NCBI RefSeq assembly: GCF_964355755.1
Contig: NC_092671.1
Location: 40,310,304 to 40,374,303, forward strand
DNA from: Antedon mediterranea
Lineage: Eukaryota; Animalia; Echinodermata
Direction: 5' to 3'
Length of the DNA stretch: 64,000 nucleotides
In this document: positions 13,101-25,414 of the stretch, in pieces
Position numbering within the stretch: the first letter of the stretch is position 1
Layout of the letters: every line of letters begins with the position of its first letter
Position numbers and translations under genes: made by a program
Notes under the pieces: model-generated
What the model was told of the DNA's origin: nothing
The model's input: the letters and a program-made list of their open reading frames with translations, nothing else
Databases searched by the model: none

Positions 13101-16100
13101 CTGACTGACTTACCGTGTAAATAAAGCAACTATTGAATGACTTACCGGGTAAATAGAACAATTATTGACTGACTTACCCTGTAAATAGAACAATTATTGA
13201 ATGACTTAGGCCTACCGGGTAAACAAAATAATCATTGAATGACTTACCGGATGGTCCCCATCGAAATCGGTTCCATACATCAACACCATGTTTGCTGTAT
13301 TATCTAATTCAGCAATCGTTTGAGGAAACCAAGGCGCATTTTTTAAGGGATCTACAACAACAAATAACATTAAACATTATACATTGGCCTTCTTCATCAT
13401 CACTGAATGGAATTTAATCTCCACTTGGCTTGCTTTAAAATATATATGTTTCAAGAAAATAAATAAATAAAATATAGCAAACAACTAAGAAAGCTCCCAC
13501 TCTCATTAAAACATGCAATGTTAGATGCTGACTGAGCGCCTGCTTAGCATTGCATTTCATTGCATAGTGCGTTCGATCTGAAACTACCAACAGAAATCAA
13601 GTTACCATCGTTGTTAAACATTGTTGTTGGTTGGTACAGACACGAGTTACAAATCACAACTACTTAGTTCAGGAACATCTTGTATTTATAACAAGTATGA
13701 TGAATTATGTACCCACATTTGTTTTATTGAACAATGATTAACATTTATTGATATATAAAAATAGCCATGATAATACTTTTATGCCTACTTAATTGATACA
13801 TTGCCAAATTGAGACTTCGTTCCTATTGCCACATTTCTAAGTACACAGCTTTTTTTTCTAGCCCCCTTAGGAAAAATAATCCAGATGTTCCGTTTGCAAA
13901 AAAAAAAAAACAATTACAAAATGCGATCTTTCAAGATTACCATCACCATTGATATCACAAACTGTTTAAAACTCAATATTGTTATTGCATAAAATTAATT
14001 TCTAAAATTGTTGGCGTGTACCATTTAATCAAACTCAAGAGAAATATTAATCTGCTAAAACAGACCAAGTTTAGGAACTCCCCCCCCCCCCACCCCCAAG
14101 AAATGTATATTGTGGGAATACAAGAACAAGCAAAGAATATTTCTAAGTTAGTTTTACTTCATGTAACAAAAATAATAATTAAACTTTTCTCTTATTCAGC
14201 TAAATTAAACACACATAGGGCCTACTCGCAACATGTTAATCGCATAAAATACGCAAATATATCAAGAAATAACAAGTGGAAAATGTGTTGCTATATATTA
14301 AGTACATGTGATCGTTTTGAGAAGTAACTTTTAAATTGTTATTATTCATTATCTATAAATCACAGAAAATTAACAGAAAAAAAACATACAACAAAATAAG
14401 TACATAAACATGCTACTTATGGAACAAATAAGTTTTGAGTTGTTTCTTAAAAAGACGAGAATTAGGAGCTTGTCGAATATCCAAAGGGCTGCTGCGGATC
14501 ATAGACAGAGAACGCACTGTCGCCAAAAATAGGTCAAATGCAACTCTACGAACAATGCCATAGTATTGTAATTTGAATAGGAGAATGTGTGTTCAATAGT
14601 GCCATTCCCCCTGAATGTCAATAAAAAATATAACTTTTCAAAACAATTTCAAAAGGACTTAATTAATAACTAAACGTCGCTGCCATTTCTGTTTGACTAT
14701 CGGTTCAAATTGGATTAAATAAAAACCGAACGAATACAAATTCACCCATCACTACAATAATTAATATGCTAAACTAGTTCAAAAGACAAAAGGAGATACA
14801 GAGTGATATTGTTGTATCTTTCGTTTTAATTGCATTTTACTTTTTACTTTTCTATTGTATTCAATTCAATTCAATTCAACTTTATTTCAGACAAACTGTC
14901 CAAATGAAACATATAAATACAATACAAAATAATACAAAGCATTATGTGACAACCGTCATGGAGAGAGGACTAATAATTATTTTTTGACATATAGTGCCTC
15001 TTAAAATACATGTGGATTATGTTGTTAAGTGACGTTTAACTGCGAGATGAAATATGTTGTCGTATATTATAATGGTTTCCAAAAATTTGAAAAAAAATTA
15101 AAATTTATTTTTCACCTGATTTAAATATTGAGGTTATTTTACCAAGTTTAAGTAGATTTTTTTATTATAGGGGTTTCTCTTTTGCCTGTATGCTTTTGAA
15201 ATGTTTTTTTTTCATTATCCTGTCTGTTGATGTTTTTATGATTTTTTTATATTTATATTATTATTATTATTATTATTATTATTAAACTTTATTTCAGATT
15301 TCTCCATATACAGTAAATAAAAGGTAACCCTATTTATTTTTGTGACAAGAGTCAAACTTTATCAAAAGCTGTTTTGGCTCCTTTTCACATATTATACGGT
15401 ACTGTATATATATATTATATATGTGGATAAATGTGAATGATACTAATGATGATGATGAATGAGGGCAGGAGTTTTCAAAATAAGAAATGTTGAAAATATG
15501 CCGTTATAAATTGGGTTGTTGTTTGTAATTATGGTTTCCAGTAATGAAGCAGTAATTCTGGGGAGACGTTGAATTATTGAGTGGATTCCACTCAATAATT
15601 CCATGTCTGGAAGGAAAAACTAATAAAGAGTTTGATAATCATTATCTTCAGATATATTTGAAATATTCTAACAGGAGAGCGGTTTTGTTTTCTTTGGACA
15701 GATATGTCCAAAGATATAACATAAAATGAACACGTTGACTGGAAACAGCGACTATAGGAATGCAAAAACGATGGCTTACATGTTATCTCTTTAATTAATT
15801 CATTGAAGTTTTTTAAAAACAAACAACAACATTAAACCTGCGGATTGCCATAAGGGCTCTCCATGCTACACATAAGTAAAACAAAATAAAAATATTTAAG
15901 ATATATAAAATTGACAAATTGTGTTAATGGTTATTTTTAGTTTGATCGTTTATTAGATATTATCAATGTTTTGACGGGTTTCGCCAGCAGAGTTGTTGAA
16001 TCATCAGCGAACACGCCTCTTATACTCTAGTTGCTTAAGCTTACTTTTATTTTTCATGATATTAGTTTTGATTTCACCTTTCACACACATTTAGCAAGTA

Positions 16101-19100
16101 TTTTTCTTACCCTGAAATGGAGCTGGAAGGCTGTGACTTTCGCTGATGTCTTCATGTTTTACTTCAGCGCCATGCGTACGGTCTTCAACTATCCCATTAG
16201 TATTCTCATCGTCAAACTCTGGCAAACCATTTTCTTTTCTACTTCCGCTAGATTCTAATTTTTTTGAGTTGTTCTTCTTTAGTCGAAGCGCCAACAGCAG
16301 CAACGATTACTGTTGTCAATATTGGCTGTAGAGCTGCAACTGCTTGGGCCACAATATCTTCTATGATCACTCCGTCTAGTTTAGGTTGTACATCCTTACT
16401 AGACCCAGGAGGGGTTTTGGTGAACTTTATAGTATCGGTAACCGTCTGACTTCTTGATTCTTTTACAACACCATTAACACTAGCCTTCTCGATATTTAAT
16501 ATTTCGAACTTGTTTGTTGTTGCCATTTTAAACTGTTACTGTCAAAAGTCTGCAAATGATTGAAGTAGCTTAATCCGGGTACCTCGTTATTACTTGATAA
16601 TAGTTTGAAAGTCCATTCAAATTTAAATATAAAAAAAACAGATAATAAAAGTAAAAGGTGCGTACGTTTTGTGTTGACTAATTGAGCCCGGTATTCAATC
16701 TATCCAATCCACTGCACAGAGTTCTGAAAAGCTTTAGGTCTAGGTAATAAGATTCACTTTCATATAATGGCGAATGGAATGCTAAGTAGACGGAATTATT
16801 TGTTACAATCGTAAAAATGAAATACCGATTGAAATTGTTCACCTTCTTGTTTTGTGACTAGACTAGGAGGCACCGGATCCCTGAAAAGATCAAGACTTAA
16901 CCCTAACTGGGGTACTTACAAACGGATCCCCATTTAGCGGTGATGGTGTATCCCCATACTCCGGTGTGGGTGCTAGCTTGGTGTTTTTTTATTTTGTTCT
17001 CTTCCTTTTGTTTTCCAATTTTTCTCTCTATTGTCGAGTGCATAGAGACATCGTTTATTTGCACTGTATAAATCTATCTATTATTATTATATTTAAAACA
17101 AAGTTTTTTAACTAAATAATTGTATTTACCTTGAATTTACCTTGAATCGCCACAGTCCATCTTCTTTCGATAGAGTGTGGCAGGGTTAAGGGGGCTTTTT
17201 GGCCCATTATAAACCCATGTGTTTATTTATCTCTCTCTTGAAGCAGAGTAGGTTTAGAGCAGATATTGCACTTTGTGGTAAGTTGTTCCAGACATTCACT
17301 ACACGCTGGCTGTAGAAGAATTTCCTACTGTCCAGATTTGGTTTTTCTTTTTTCAGTTTGTACGAGTGTCCTCTTGTCTTTCCATACTCGGCTTTCTTAA
17401 ACATTTTTGTAGGCTCAATTTTATCATTCTTTGTTATAATGTGGTATTTTTGTTTGTAATATATTTCGCATTTCATTCTTCAGGCTGCATTATCATATAT
17501 CTTTTTATGGAATTAAATAAATACCACTGAGTGAATGGATTTATAGTCATTTTATTTGAAATTTAGTAACACTTCCTAGAGTGGTACTTATAATAATCTA
17601 TATAGATAAAGCATGTTTTTCAGAACCGTAGCTGTCTAATATTAAACACAGGTATTTTATCAAGATAGCTGTTTGTTTTTAATTTTTAAATCAATTCCAA
17701 TTCAAAATTAACATCTATTTCTCCTTTTTAACTTAAAAGTTAATAATAGTAAATTACACTAATTTGATTCAACTAAGAGGGCAAACTAAAAAAAAAGCAA
17801 ATATTGTGAGAGGCAGCCCGTAAAACTGAAAAAGAACACAAGACAATACGGAAACCGGGAACAGGAAAAAAACTGTAATGAAGACTTTGAATTAAAATAT
17901 ATAAAAACTTGATAACAGGTATCGTTTCTTAAGGAAATCTCTTCATTTACTAAGAACTTTTGATAGGAACGTTATCCAGAGTTTGGATCAAATACATACT
18001 TTTTAAAAAAAGAAGTAGTTTTTAACAAGGAATACGTTAGATCTCCGAGTTATGTGATTTGGGAAATTATGATTGAAACTAAATAAATCATCAAATTGAG
18101 ATGGAAGGAGCGAGTTCGACTAAGAAAAAACAAAAAAACATTATTTAAAATGGTTTATATCCTAAATTGTTATAGCAGACTAAATGAAGAAACTAAAGGA
18201 TTAAAATGGGAGGAACATTTATCTATGTAGGAAGGGTTTGTATTACTCTAAATAAAATGTAATTGAAGTAAGGGGAAGGGGGATTAATGAACAGTAAGTG
18301 GAAGGGGGATTAATGAACAGTAAGGGGAAGGGGGATTAATGAACAGTAAAGGATGCGGAGTATGTTTAGGAGATGATGACCAGAACTTTTGGATATTTTG
18401 TTTTCGACTTCGAGTAATCTAATTGCTGTCCAGATACACACCAAGAAATTTGGTTTTGTCATCAATTTGTATTATTTGATATTTTTTTTGTAATTTGTAA
18501 GTACATAGTAGGCTTATTTAGTGGTATTTTTGAAAAGAGGCCCCAAGCAAAGAACCTTGAGGGACCCCACAAAGAAAATCAGAAATGGTGTGTTTAGATT
18601 TATTGTATTGCTTACGGTTGGAAAGGTAAGCTTGAATAAATACATATAAGGAGGCCACGGATTAAATAAGTATTTAATAATAATTGTATCAAAAAGTCGT
18701 TCGAGAGGTCAATGAAATAGCAAGTTACCTCTCTTGTTAAAAGTCCAAACAATTTGTTTTCTGTAGATAATTGTATGTTCGATTGTAAGGTGTTCAAAAT
18801 CGGTAGCACTCATATAGGACGGTAATTACTGTAATCATATTATGGTATTGGGGCTACCGGTTGTCACACAAATTTATTAATTTTATATTTGCTCAAATAA
18901 AACTTTTATTCTATTAAACGAACAGAAGGGTGGCCTTTTACCTTATAAAAAACGACAAGTCAAAAAGAAATTGAGTTCAAATAGTCATGTGCTTACTAAT
19001 CTAAATCAGTCTTTACTTAGTTTGTTAATAATTAGTTAATACAATTATAATTTTACAATAAAAAGTAGCGTCATGAGAGTTAAAATACAGATGTCCATTC

Positions 19101-21616
19101 ATTCTTGGGTTAGGGTTAAGCAATAATAATATAATCATTTCTAATTGTGTTTTAATGCGGGTACAATTTCAGTATACTGAGCAGAAAATGTTTATATAAT
19201 TATAAACCTATAAATGAGGCAATATTAATGACTTGCATTTATCCTTGTCAGTCTAAATATGGTGTTTCAGATAGGTGTACCTCTTCGGTAGTGTGTTCCC
19301 TTTTTGTATTCATTGAAAAAAGATCGTTTGCGTTTTTATCATTTTTAGTCGCGTGCATGCAACGCAACTCTACAGCTCACTGTGTCGGTCGGTTGGTCGG
19401 ATGGTCGGTCGGTAAACACTAACTCAAATTTGAGCACGCGACTGCAGTCTTATTAAATTTCTTGTCCCAAATTTCTTTCGAAATACTATGAGTATATATT
19501 CACTTAAATCATCTCCATGACAAGATATCAATTAATGGAAATGTAATTGTATAAAACTATTATAAACATTGTAGTTTGTAAGACACGAGATACAAAGCTT
19601 GATAACATATTGGCTATAAAATTATATTATTATGATGAATTGTATACCCACATTTATTTTACATTGAATATATTATATTATTATTGATGTATAAAAACTG
19701 ATAATCGTAAGGACACTTTATTTATAGTTATTACGTCAACATCCCATAAACTGTCCTATTTGTCAATTCTTACATTGATAGGCCTACTTATCTCTATATT
19801 ATAAAAGACCAAACCCGTTACATTACATGTTACAATTTTAATAGATCTGGCACTAGACTACGACCATTAAAAGTCAATCCATGTAGAACCTTGTTATAAA
19901 TAACATTTATACAAAATTTAAAAGTTCGACGACAACTCTATATTGTAAATTTTGTTTTGAATTTTAATCATTTTTAATCGTTTTAATAGTATTTTAATAT
20001 TGGCCTATTAACCGTATCTTATCATTGGCCTATAGCGTTTGTGCAAGTTGATGTATTTTTTAGTTTCATTGTCTTAATTATGCCAAGCAAAATGAATTTT
20101 CCATTTTAAGCGGACCAGTAACATTTCTTGAAACTTGAATCTTAAAGCTCGGTTCACATAATATAATAATATTTAGTATCAGCTCCTCCTCTTCATCTTA
20201 AAAACATCAGAACAATCTGCCTTCTATTCCTAATAATCTTTGATATCTATCAAAATAACTATTGATCATACCTTCTATGGAATCCTCAATAATCTCTAGT
20301 AGCTGAACTGTTCCAACAATATGTTGGAGTTCCTTTACTGCCTCTCTTAGTCGTCCCTTTTTACCCTCACAATCTACGTAAATGTCGACGTTAGGTTTAG
20401 TTTCTGAACGACGTGACTCGATATGAGTTATGTTTACATCATTATCCTACAAATAAAACATTAACAAAAAACATAATCTACATTTTGTCTTGGTTTATAA
20501 TTTATTTTTCTTCCGTGTACATCTAAGAAAAGCCACTAATAGTAATAGTAATTTATGTTTTCTCTTTTTCAGCAGAGGCATAATATTTACCTACAAGAGG
20601 TTTAAAAACATACACATAAAATAATAGTTAACAAGTTATGAAATTGTAAGTAAGGAGAAATAATAATAACAAGTTGTGTCATGTAATAATATTATAAGGT
20701 TTCATTTCGTTCTTTCCATGCAGTTTTTAAAACAAAAGTTGATCCACACAACTCTTATGTACAGTAAAGTAAAGTAAAGGTGAGTCCCGTGTTCATTTTG
20801 AACAAGGTAATGAACTAATTGTACTAAGCCTCAGCTAGTATTTTCAACCAAGTACTCATTTACAGCTGAGTGGACTTGAACTTGTCTGGAATTGAATCCG
20901 GATCTCTCTGTATGACAGTCAAGTGGCCTAGCCACTCGGTTAACCAACTCCATCCCTTATGAGGCGGTAAAATGTGTGCAATATACTTACTTTAAAGGTT
21001 TTTAATACATTTAGAAGTTCGTCCATTTCTCTCTTTAATGAAAATACAATTGGACTTGTTGTAAAGGTGTCAAAAGAAGACTTTGAAGACAGTCGCCGCA
21101 TTAACCGCGACTTTCGTACATTTACTGATGGCACATTTTTCTAAATTAAAAAAATTAAAAAAAAAAAAGAAATTATTTTAATGACTTAAGAATATCATAA
21201 ACATTTATTCAATGTCACTTACAACAGGTCACACTTTTATTTACAATTATTACAAGGTTTTTACCAATAGAATTACGATTTCTTTTGTTATAGTTGTGAT
21301 GACAAAAACTACAAAAGTCTAAGATTCACAAAAAACAATGTGAGTTTATGTAATACTAAAATAAGAATATCATAGGATCGTTTTCAGCTTCAAATGTAAA
21401 AAGCAGATAAGAACTTAGGTTTATGTATACATTCTACAAGTTGGTACCAACAAGAATACGAAAGACAACTTAACAGTTTCATATAGGCCTACATTTATTT
21501 GACTGGACTCATCGTACAAAATGTTTTTCTGTTAACGTACCTACCTTAGAATGCAGATCATCTAGTTCTGCTAAGTCGATGACATTACTTCGACTAAGTC
21601 TACACTTAAGACTCAT
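7171..21616 (-). CDS. TPH: Tryptophan 5-hydroxylase-like, complete 14-exon gene (about 480 aa)
   Basis: Exons 21616-21545, 21140-20991, 20446-20272, 13351-13248, 12626-12559, 11945-11895, 11586-11488, 10912-10866, 10463-10328, 10091-10022, 9344-9288, 9028-8933, 8379-8246, 7354-7171; all GT-AG, phase-compatible, 1443 nt in total. ACT domain ([15 protein letters not shown]), [63 protein letters not shown] and [10 protein letters not shown] are TPH-diagnostic. The first exon is the least certain. Confidence 0.92.
7545..7882. mobile_element. Degenerate MITE with long imperfect inverted repeats in the last TPH intron
   Basis: tttacacta..cgacgataaat..ttctagaactat on the left mirrors atagttctagaa..atttttcgtcg..tagtgtaac on the right. 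Confidence 0.55.
8100..8200 (-). mobile_element. tRNA-derived SINE head
   Basis: The minus strand has A-box-like tggcttggtgg and B-box-like ggttcaagtcc; no complete cloverleaf. Confidence 0.5.
8503..8668. repeat. ~17-bp pyrimidine-rich minisatellite (cgattatccccctccct)n
   Basis: About 10 imperfect copies; G-rich on the TPH sense strand. Confidence 0.9.
9398..9890 (+). mobile_element. L2-clade LINE 3' fragment
   Basis: [51 protein letters not shown], then an aagcgc..aagcgctata tail and (TAA)n. Confidence 0.85.
11105..11510. repeat. ~49-bp minisatellite derived from the TPH exon 7/intron junction
   Basis: Units acacgtagcctttgtatatatctcactcgcaaaatatact match the real junction atacgtagcttac|ttgtatatatctccttcgcaaag (11476-11510). 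Confidence 0.8.
12240..12505 (-). mobile_element. tRNA-derived Deu/Nin-domain SINE copy
   Basis: Reverse complement of the element at 48445-48762. Confidence 0.75.
12690..13250. repeat. ~31-bp minisatellite containing the TPH exon 4 splice donor
   Basis: About 17 copies of attgaatgacttacccggtaaatagaacaatt, ending exactly at the true donor (13247). Confidence 0.9.
14400..14560 (-). mobile_element. Degenerate L2 LINE 3' fragment
   Basis: The minus strand reads [30 protein letters not shown]. Confidence 0.55.
15930..16700 (-). mobile_element. Degenerate LINE ORF1 (CR1/L2-type) 5' fragment
   Basis: Frameshifted ORFs 16526-16248 and 16303-16091: [29 protein letters not shown] resembles the ORF1 RRM-like segment. 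Confidence 0.55.
17125..17420 (-). mobile_element. CR1 LINE 3' end
   Basis: [26 protein letters not shown] is the CR1 ORF2 C-terminal signature; short tandem tail (aaggtaaattc). Confidence 0.85.
17690..18490 (-). mobile_element. Degenerate LINE RT 3' region and 3' UTR
   Basis: The minus strand reads [13 protein letters not shown] and ..[17 protein letters not shown] remnants; the UTR is shared with the 5068-5268 insertion; an internal ~26-bp tandem repeat lies at 18270-18350. Confidence 0.6.
19342..19465 (+). mobile_element. Short Helentron-associated (HINE/DINE-like) element
   Basis: T-run, subterminal inverted repeats agtcgcgtgc / gcacgcgact and an internal (GGTC)n microsatellite. Confidence 0.55.
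20762..20950 (-). mobile_element. tRNA-derived SINE with (CTTTA)n tail
   Basis: A-box-like taaccgagtgg, B-box-like ggattcaattcc, ccactcagctgtaaatgagtac core and a tandem tail. Confidence 0.6.
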
Positions 21617-21707
21617 GATGATAGTAAGACAGTATGTTACTGTGGTCTTAGATGGTTTAGTTAATGTATACATTTAACAACTGGCTAAATCTTAAATTAA
21701 ATCTTAA

Positions 21708-21737
21708 TTTATACCAAATAATGGGAAAGTGACGTCA
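21708..21737 (-). promoter_or_regulatory. Candidate TPH core promoter: full CRE plus TATA box
   Basis: TGACGTCA at 21730-21737 and TATAAA (minus strand) at 21713-21708, about 90-120 bp upstream of the predicted ATG. Confidence 0.5.
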
Positions 21738-22256
21738 TTATGTTGTTTACTAGACACATGGTAGGTTTAACACCTTGATAATTACAACAAAAGAAATCTG
21801 GTGTATAATTAATTATGAGAGTAATTAAGTATCTTCATTACTGGTAAATAGGTAATTACTTTATACTAATTTCTATCGTAATAATGTGACTGAAGCTAAT
21901 TGATTCAAGGAAAAAAGATCTTTGAACTAATCACGTCATGACAGACGATTACAATGCATTACTTGTTTTGACGACAGTGCACTCAACTTATAATTCTTTT
22001 TCTAGTTTAGATTCTGTTGTCGGTAGGTCGTTGTTGTTGTTGTTCGTATTGGAGCTGTGTTGATGCAATTAAGATATTCAATGCATAAACGAGGATATCG
22101 ATTCCGATTGGAAATGTTCAATGACAAACCGATACGAGGGAAAGTGTGAGACTTCAAAATCCGGGCAAAGCTAGACATTCTCTAAATTATCTGTGTCGAC
22201 AAATGATACCAATGACTGCGCATTAGTGGAGTCAACAGCGCTCTGACATAGTAATA

Positions 22257-23118
22257 GTCCATGGGATTTAGACTTTTAACTCACACAAATTGCAAGAAAA
22301 TGTTTTTTTGATGAAATGTGTTCTTTAGACCCTACTGAAGACATTTATCAACGTTAGGACATTTTTCGACAACGGGAAGTAGCCTAATTTGCATAATTAA
22401 AAATGGCGGCCATTTTTAATAACGTACTATGTATCTTGGAAACCGCTAGTCACAGATACTTAATTATGGTGTTAAAATCGTTAGAATATATGTATTTATA
22501 TTCACTTTAATGAAAAAGTTTGTCCAAAAATGAATCGAAGTGCTATTTCTAACATTATTGACCTTTGACCTTGAATTCTCATATCTCAGCAACCACTAAT
22601 CGGAGATATACAAATTAGGGCTTAGATTGTTCAAAAACTACACATTTATATCCAGTCTAATGGCATGTTTTTGCAAAAAATGGCGGATTCTAACATTATT
22701 GACCTTTGACCTTGAGTTATCATATCTTAGCAACCACTAATAGGAGAGACACAAATATTTATATTTAGTCTAATGGCAATTTTGCCTTTTCCATTGATTC
22801 TGTCAGCAATCGTCGAACGATATCTGATATGGTTTTTCTATATAATATTTTAAATTCTAATTTCACTATTTAGTTTAAATGTTCCTGGTCGTACACGAAA
22901 CAGACATTTATTGCATATTCCTTTTAGCCGTGTCGACTGTACTAAGAGGGGACTTTTTCATAGACTACCTTATACATTTAATAATCTAAATAGCAATCAT
23001 ATCGATATTTTTAATGATAGACTTGGTTATTTTAAGAGGACGATTATGTGTTCACTTCTTGAACAGCCTGCATAACCTGTTTGATTAATTGAAATTGTTT
23101 ATGGCATGCCGATCTATG

Positions 23119-23195
<77 letters not shown>

Positions 23196-23682
23196 ATCTG
23201 TATTTTATTGTTAACCGTTTTTGATGTTGTATTGTTTTATGTTTCAAACCTGTTAGTGGCGGTATTTATCGCTGTTGGTTTTGACTGAATAAAATAAAAT
23301 AAAATAAAATAAAATAAAACGTTTTTGCAAAAAATGGCCGATTCTAACATTATTGACCTTTGAACTTTACACTACATAAAATCGCATAACTTTGAAAATA
23401 TTGTACATATGAAATTATTTTTAGTGTCAAATTGTTCAGAACATACATGTTTCTATAGAGTCCAATGACACATTTTGTCCAATAATGGCCTATTGTATGG
23501 TTATTAATATTTGAACTATATTTGAAAAGGAATGGCCGCCATTTTTAATTATGCAAATTAGGCTACTTCCCGTTGTCGAAAAATGTCCTAACGTTGATAA
23601 ATGTCTTCAGTAGGGTCTAAAGAACACATTTTCTTGCAATTTGTGTGAGAAAAGGGTCTTTTTTAAGCTAAATCCCATGGAC
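22257..23682. mobile_element. Non-autonomous DNA transposon with ~150-bp TIRs, flanked by TA, with a nested LINE fragment
   Basis: gtccatgggatttag..aaaaatggcggccatt is mirrored by aatggccgccattttt..ctaaatcccatggac; internal ~140-bp repeats. Confidence 0.85.
22779..23319 (+). mobile_element. LINE 3' fragment nested in the DNA transposon, with (TA)n and an (AATAA)n tail
   Basis: It splits an internal repeat (tctaatggca|gtttttgcaaaaaatgg) and reads RRTISDMVFLYNILN..LNVPGRTR..IPFSR. Confidence 0.6.
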
Positions 23683-23699
23683 TATAACTGCACAATGCT

Positions 23700-24133
23700 C
23701 TGCGTATTTACACTGCGTAACACACGGCTCCGCACACAAAAAACTGAAGTTACTTATATACTACTTATATCCTTGATCTTCTTCCCATCTACACCCCTCT
23801 TGCTTGTATTCGTTTGGCTGATCAAAACCTACTACTTGTTCCTAGAATTAACACCAAATCTTATGGACAAAGGTCTTTTATGTTCTCTGCTGCTTCTCTT
23901 TGGAATTCTCTCCCTCGTCATTTTACTCATTCAACTTCTATTGCTATTTTTAAAAAAGAACTTAAAACGCATCTTTTTAAAATCCAATATAAGCGCCTTT
24001 GATTTTTACTTCGGTTCTGGCGCTATACAAATACCTAAATTATTATATTATTATTATTATTGTTATTATTATTAGTATTAGTAGTGTTATTATTATCATT
24101 ATTATTATTATCATTATTAATAGTATTATTATT
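23700..24133 (+). mobile_element. L2 LINE 3' fragment
   Basis: LLVPRINTKSYGQRSFMFSAASLWNSLP..FKKELKTHLF, an aagcgcc..ggcgctata tail and (TTA)n. Confidence 0.85.
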
Positions 24134-24633
24134 AAGTCGAAGAAGTCTGGTTATTCTGGTGACTTACCCATAAAACTTGTAAAGGAATATTTGTAAATGA
24201 TTAATGCTGTACCGCTTCACTTATCTTTAATTGCTGTCTTCCCGGAGTTGTAGAAGTTACTCTTGATGTGATGTGATGTGACATGCTCTAAAGTTTAGTC
24301 TTGATCACCTTCTATGAGTGGTATGACCGTTAAAATCAGGAGATGCTAATTATCGGGGTAAATATAATAAATATTCTAGCCATACCGAAACCGCTTAACT
24401 CAACCACTTTAGATAGACCCCTAATTGATACAGCTACCCACTCTACCAAAACCGCCTAGATCAATCCTTAATGATAGACCCCTAGACCACCCCCTCCTGA
24501 ACTCCAAAACTTACCTGTTATATTCAGTAACATTATCATAATGGTAATTTACAATTATGATGCCGTTGTTATTTTGCTATTTTGAAATTGTAAATCATTT
24601 TTTTATAGGTTTAAATTTGTTTACCTTTATTAT

Positions 24634-25081
24634 TGTAATAAATTACCATTCCCTAACATATAGAGTAACATAGTATTTACATGAACATTCTAGAATAAGA
24701 TGTTTTGATTTAATAAACCATGTATAATTAATAAGAACAATCAAGAACATTCCAGAAGTGCTATTAATAGAAACTGTAATCATGTAATAATGAGAAGTAT
24801 AAAGAATGATCTAGAAGGATAGGAGCATCTTGTATATAAAGGGATGTAAACTATTGTAAGGTTGTTGGAATAGAGGTTGGATGTTATATTGTAAAGTCAT
24901 TGTGAAGCTGTTGTTTAAAGTGCTTACTGGATTGTTGAAAGTTGAAGTTGATTGAAATTAAAGCTTTGTTTTTGAGTTATTTTACAACTTTGTGGATTTT
25001 GTGTGTATACTTTTATGTCACAAGGGAGTTCCTAAAGTATTTTCAACCGCTCGGAAACATACGTGAGAGGAGTTCGTGACA
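24634..25081 (+). repeat. 5' LTR
   Basis: tgtaataaattacc...gttcgtgaca; TATA-like tatataaa near 24833 and attaaa near 24957. Confidence 0.96.
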
Positions 25082-25086
25082 TAATT

Positions 25087-25099
25087 TGGTGGCAGCGGT
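25087..25099 (+). other. Primer-binding site complementary to the tRNA-Leu 3' end
   Basis: tggtggcagcggt is the reverse complement of ACCGCUGCCACCA, the 3' end of metazoan tRNA-Leu(AAG/TAG) as recalled. Confidence 0.8.
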
Positions 25100-25414
25100 T
25101 ATTTCGATCTACTGTTCGACTTAACTGTGTATTTATCTACTGTTGTGATATTTTGTGGTAGCAGTTTGATCTACTGTATTTTGCCATAGATTGGTGGCTG
25201 TTTTAGGATCAAGTGTACTTTATTGATATTTTGAGGAAGCGGTACTTACGATACTGTGATATTTTACGGAAGCCGTGGTGCTACGTTTTGTTTAATCGTA
25301 AGTACACAAACATTGTTTAAAGAACAGTAGATTATTTTATTTGGAACAGTAGACTTGTGAACGTCTCGGTAACTACGATTAACTAGTAACAAGACCCTAA
25401 TCCAGATTTAAAAT

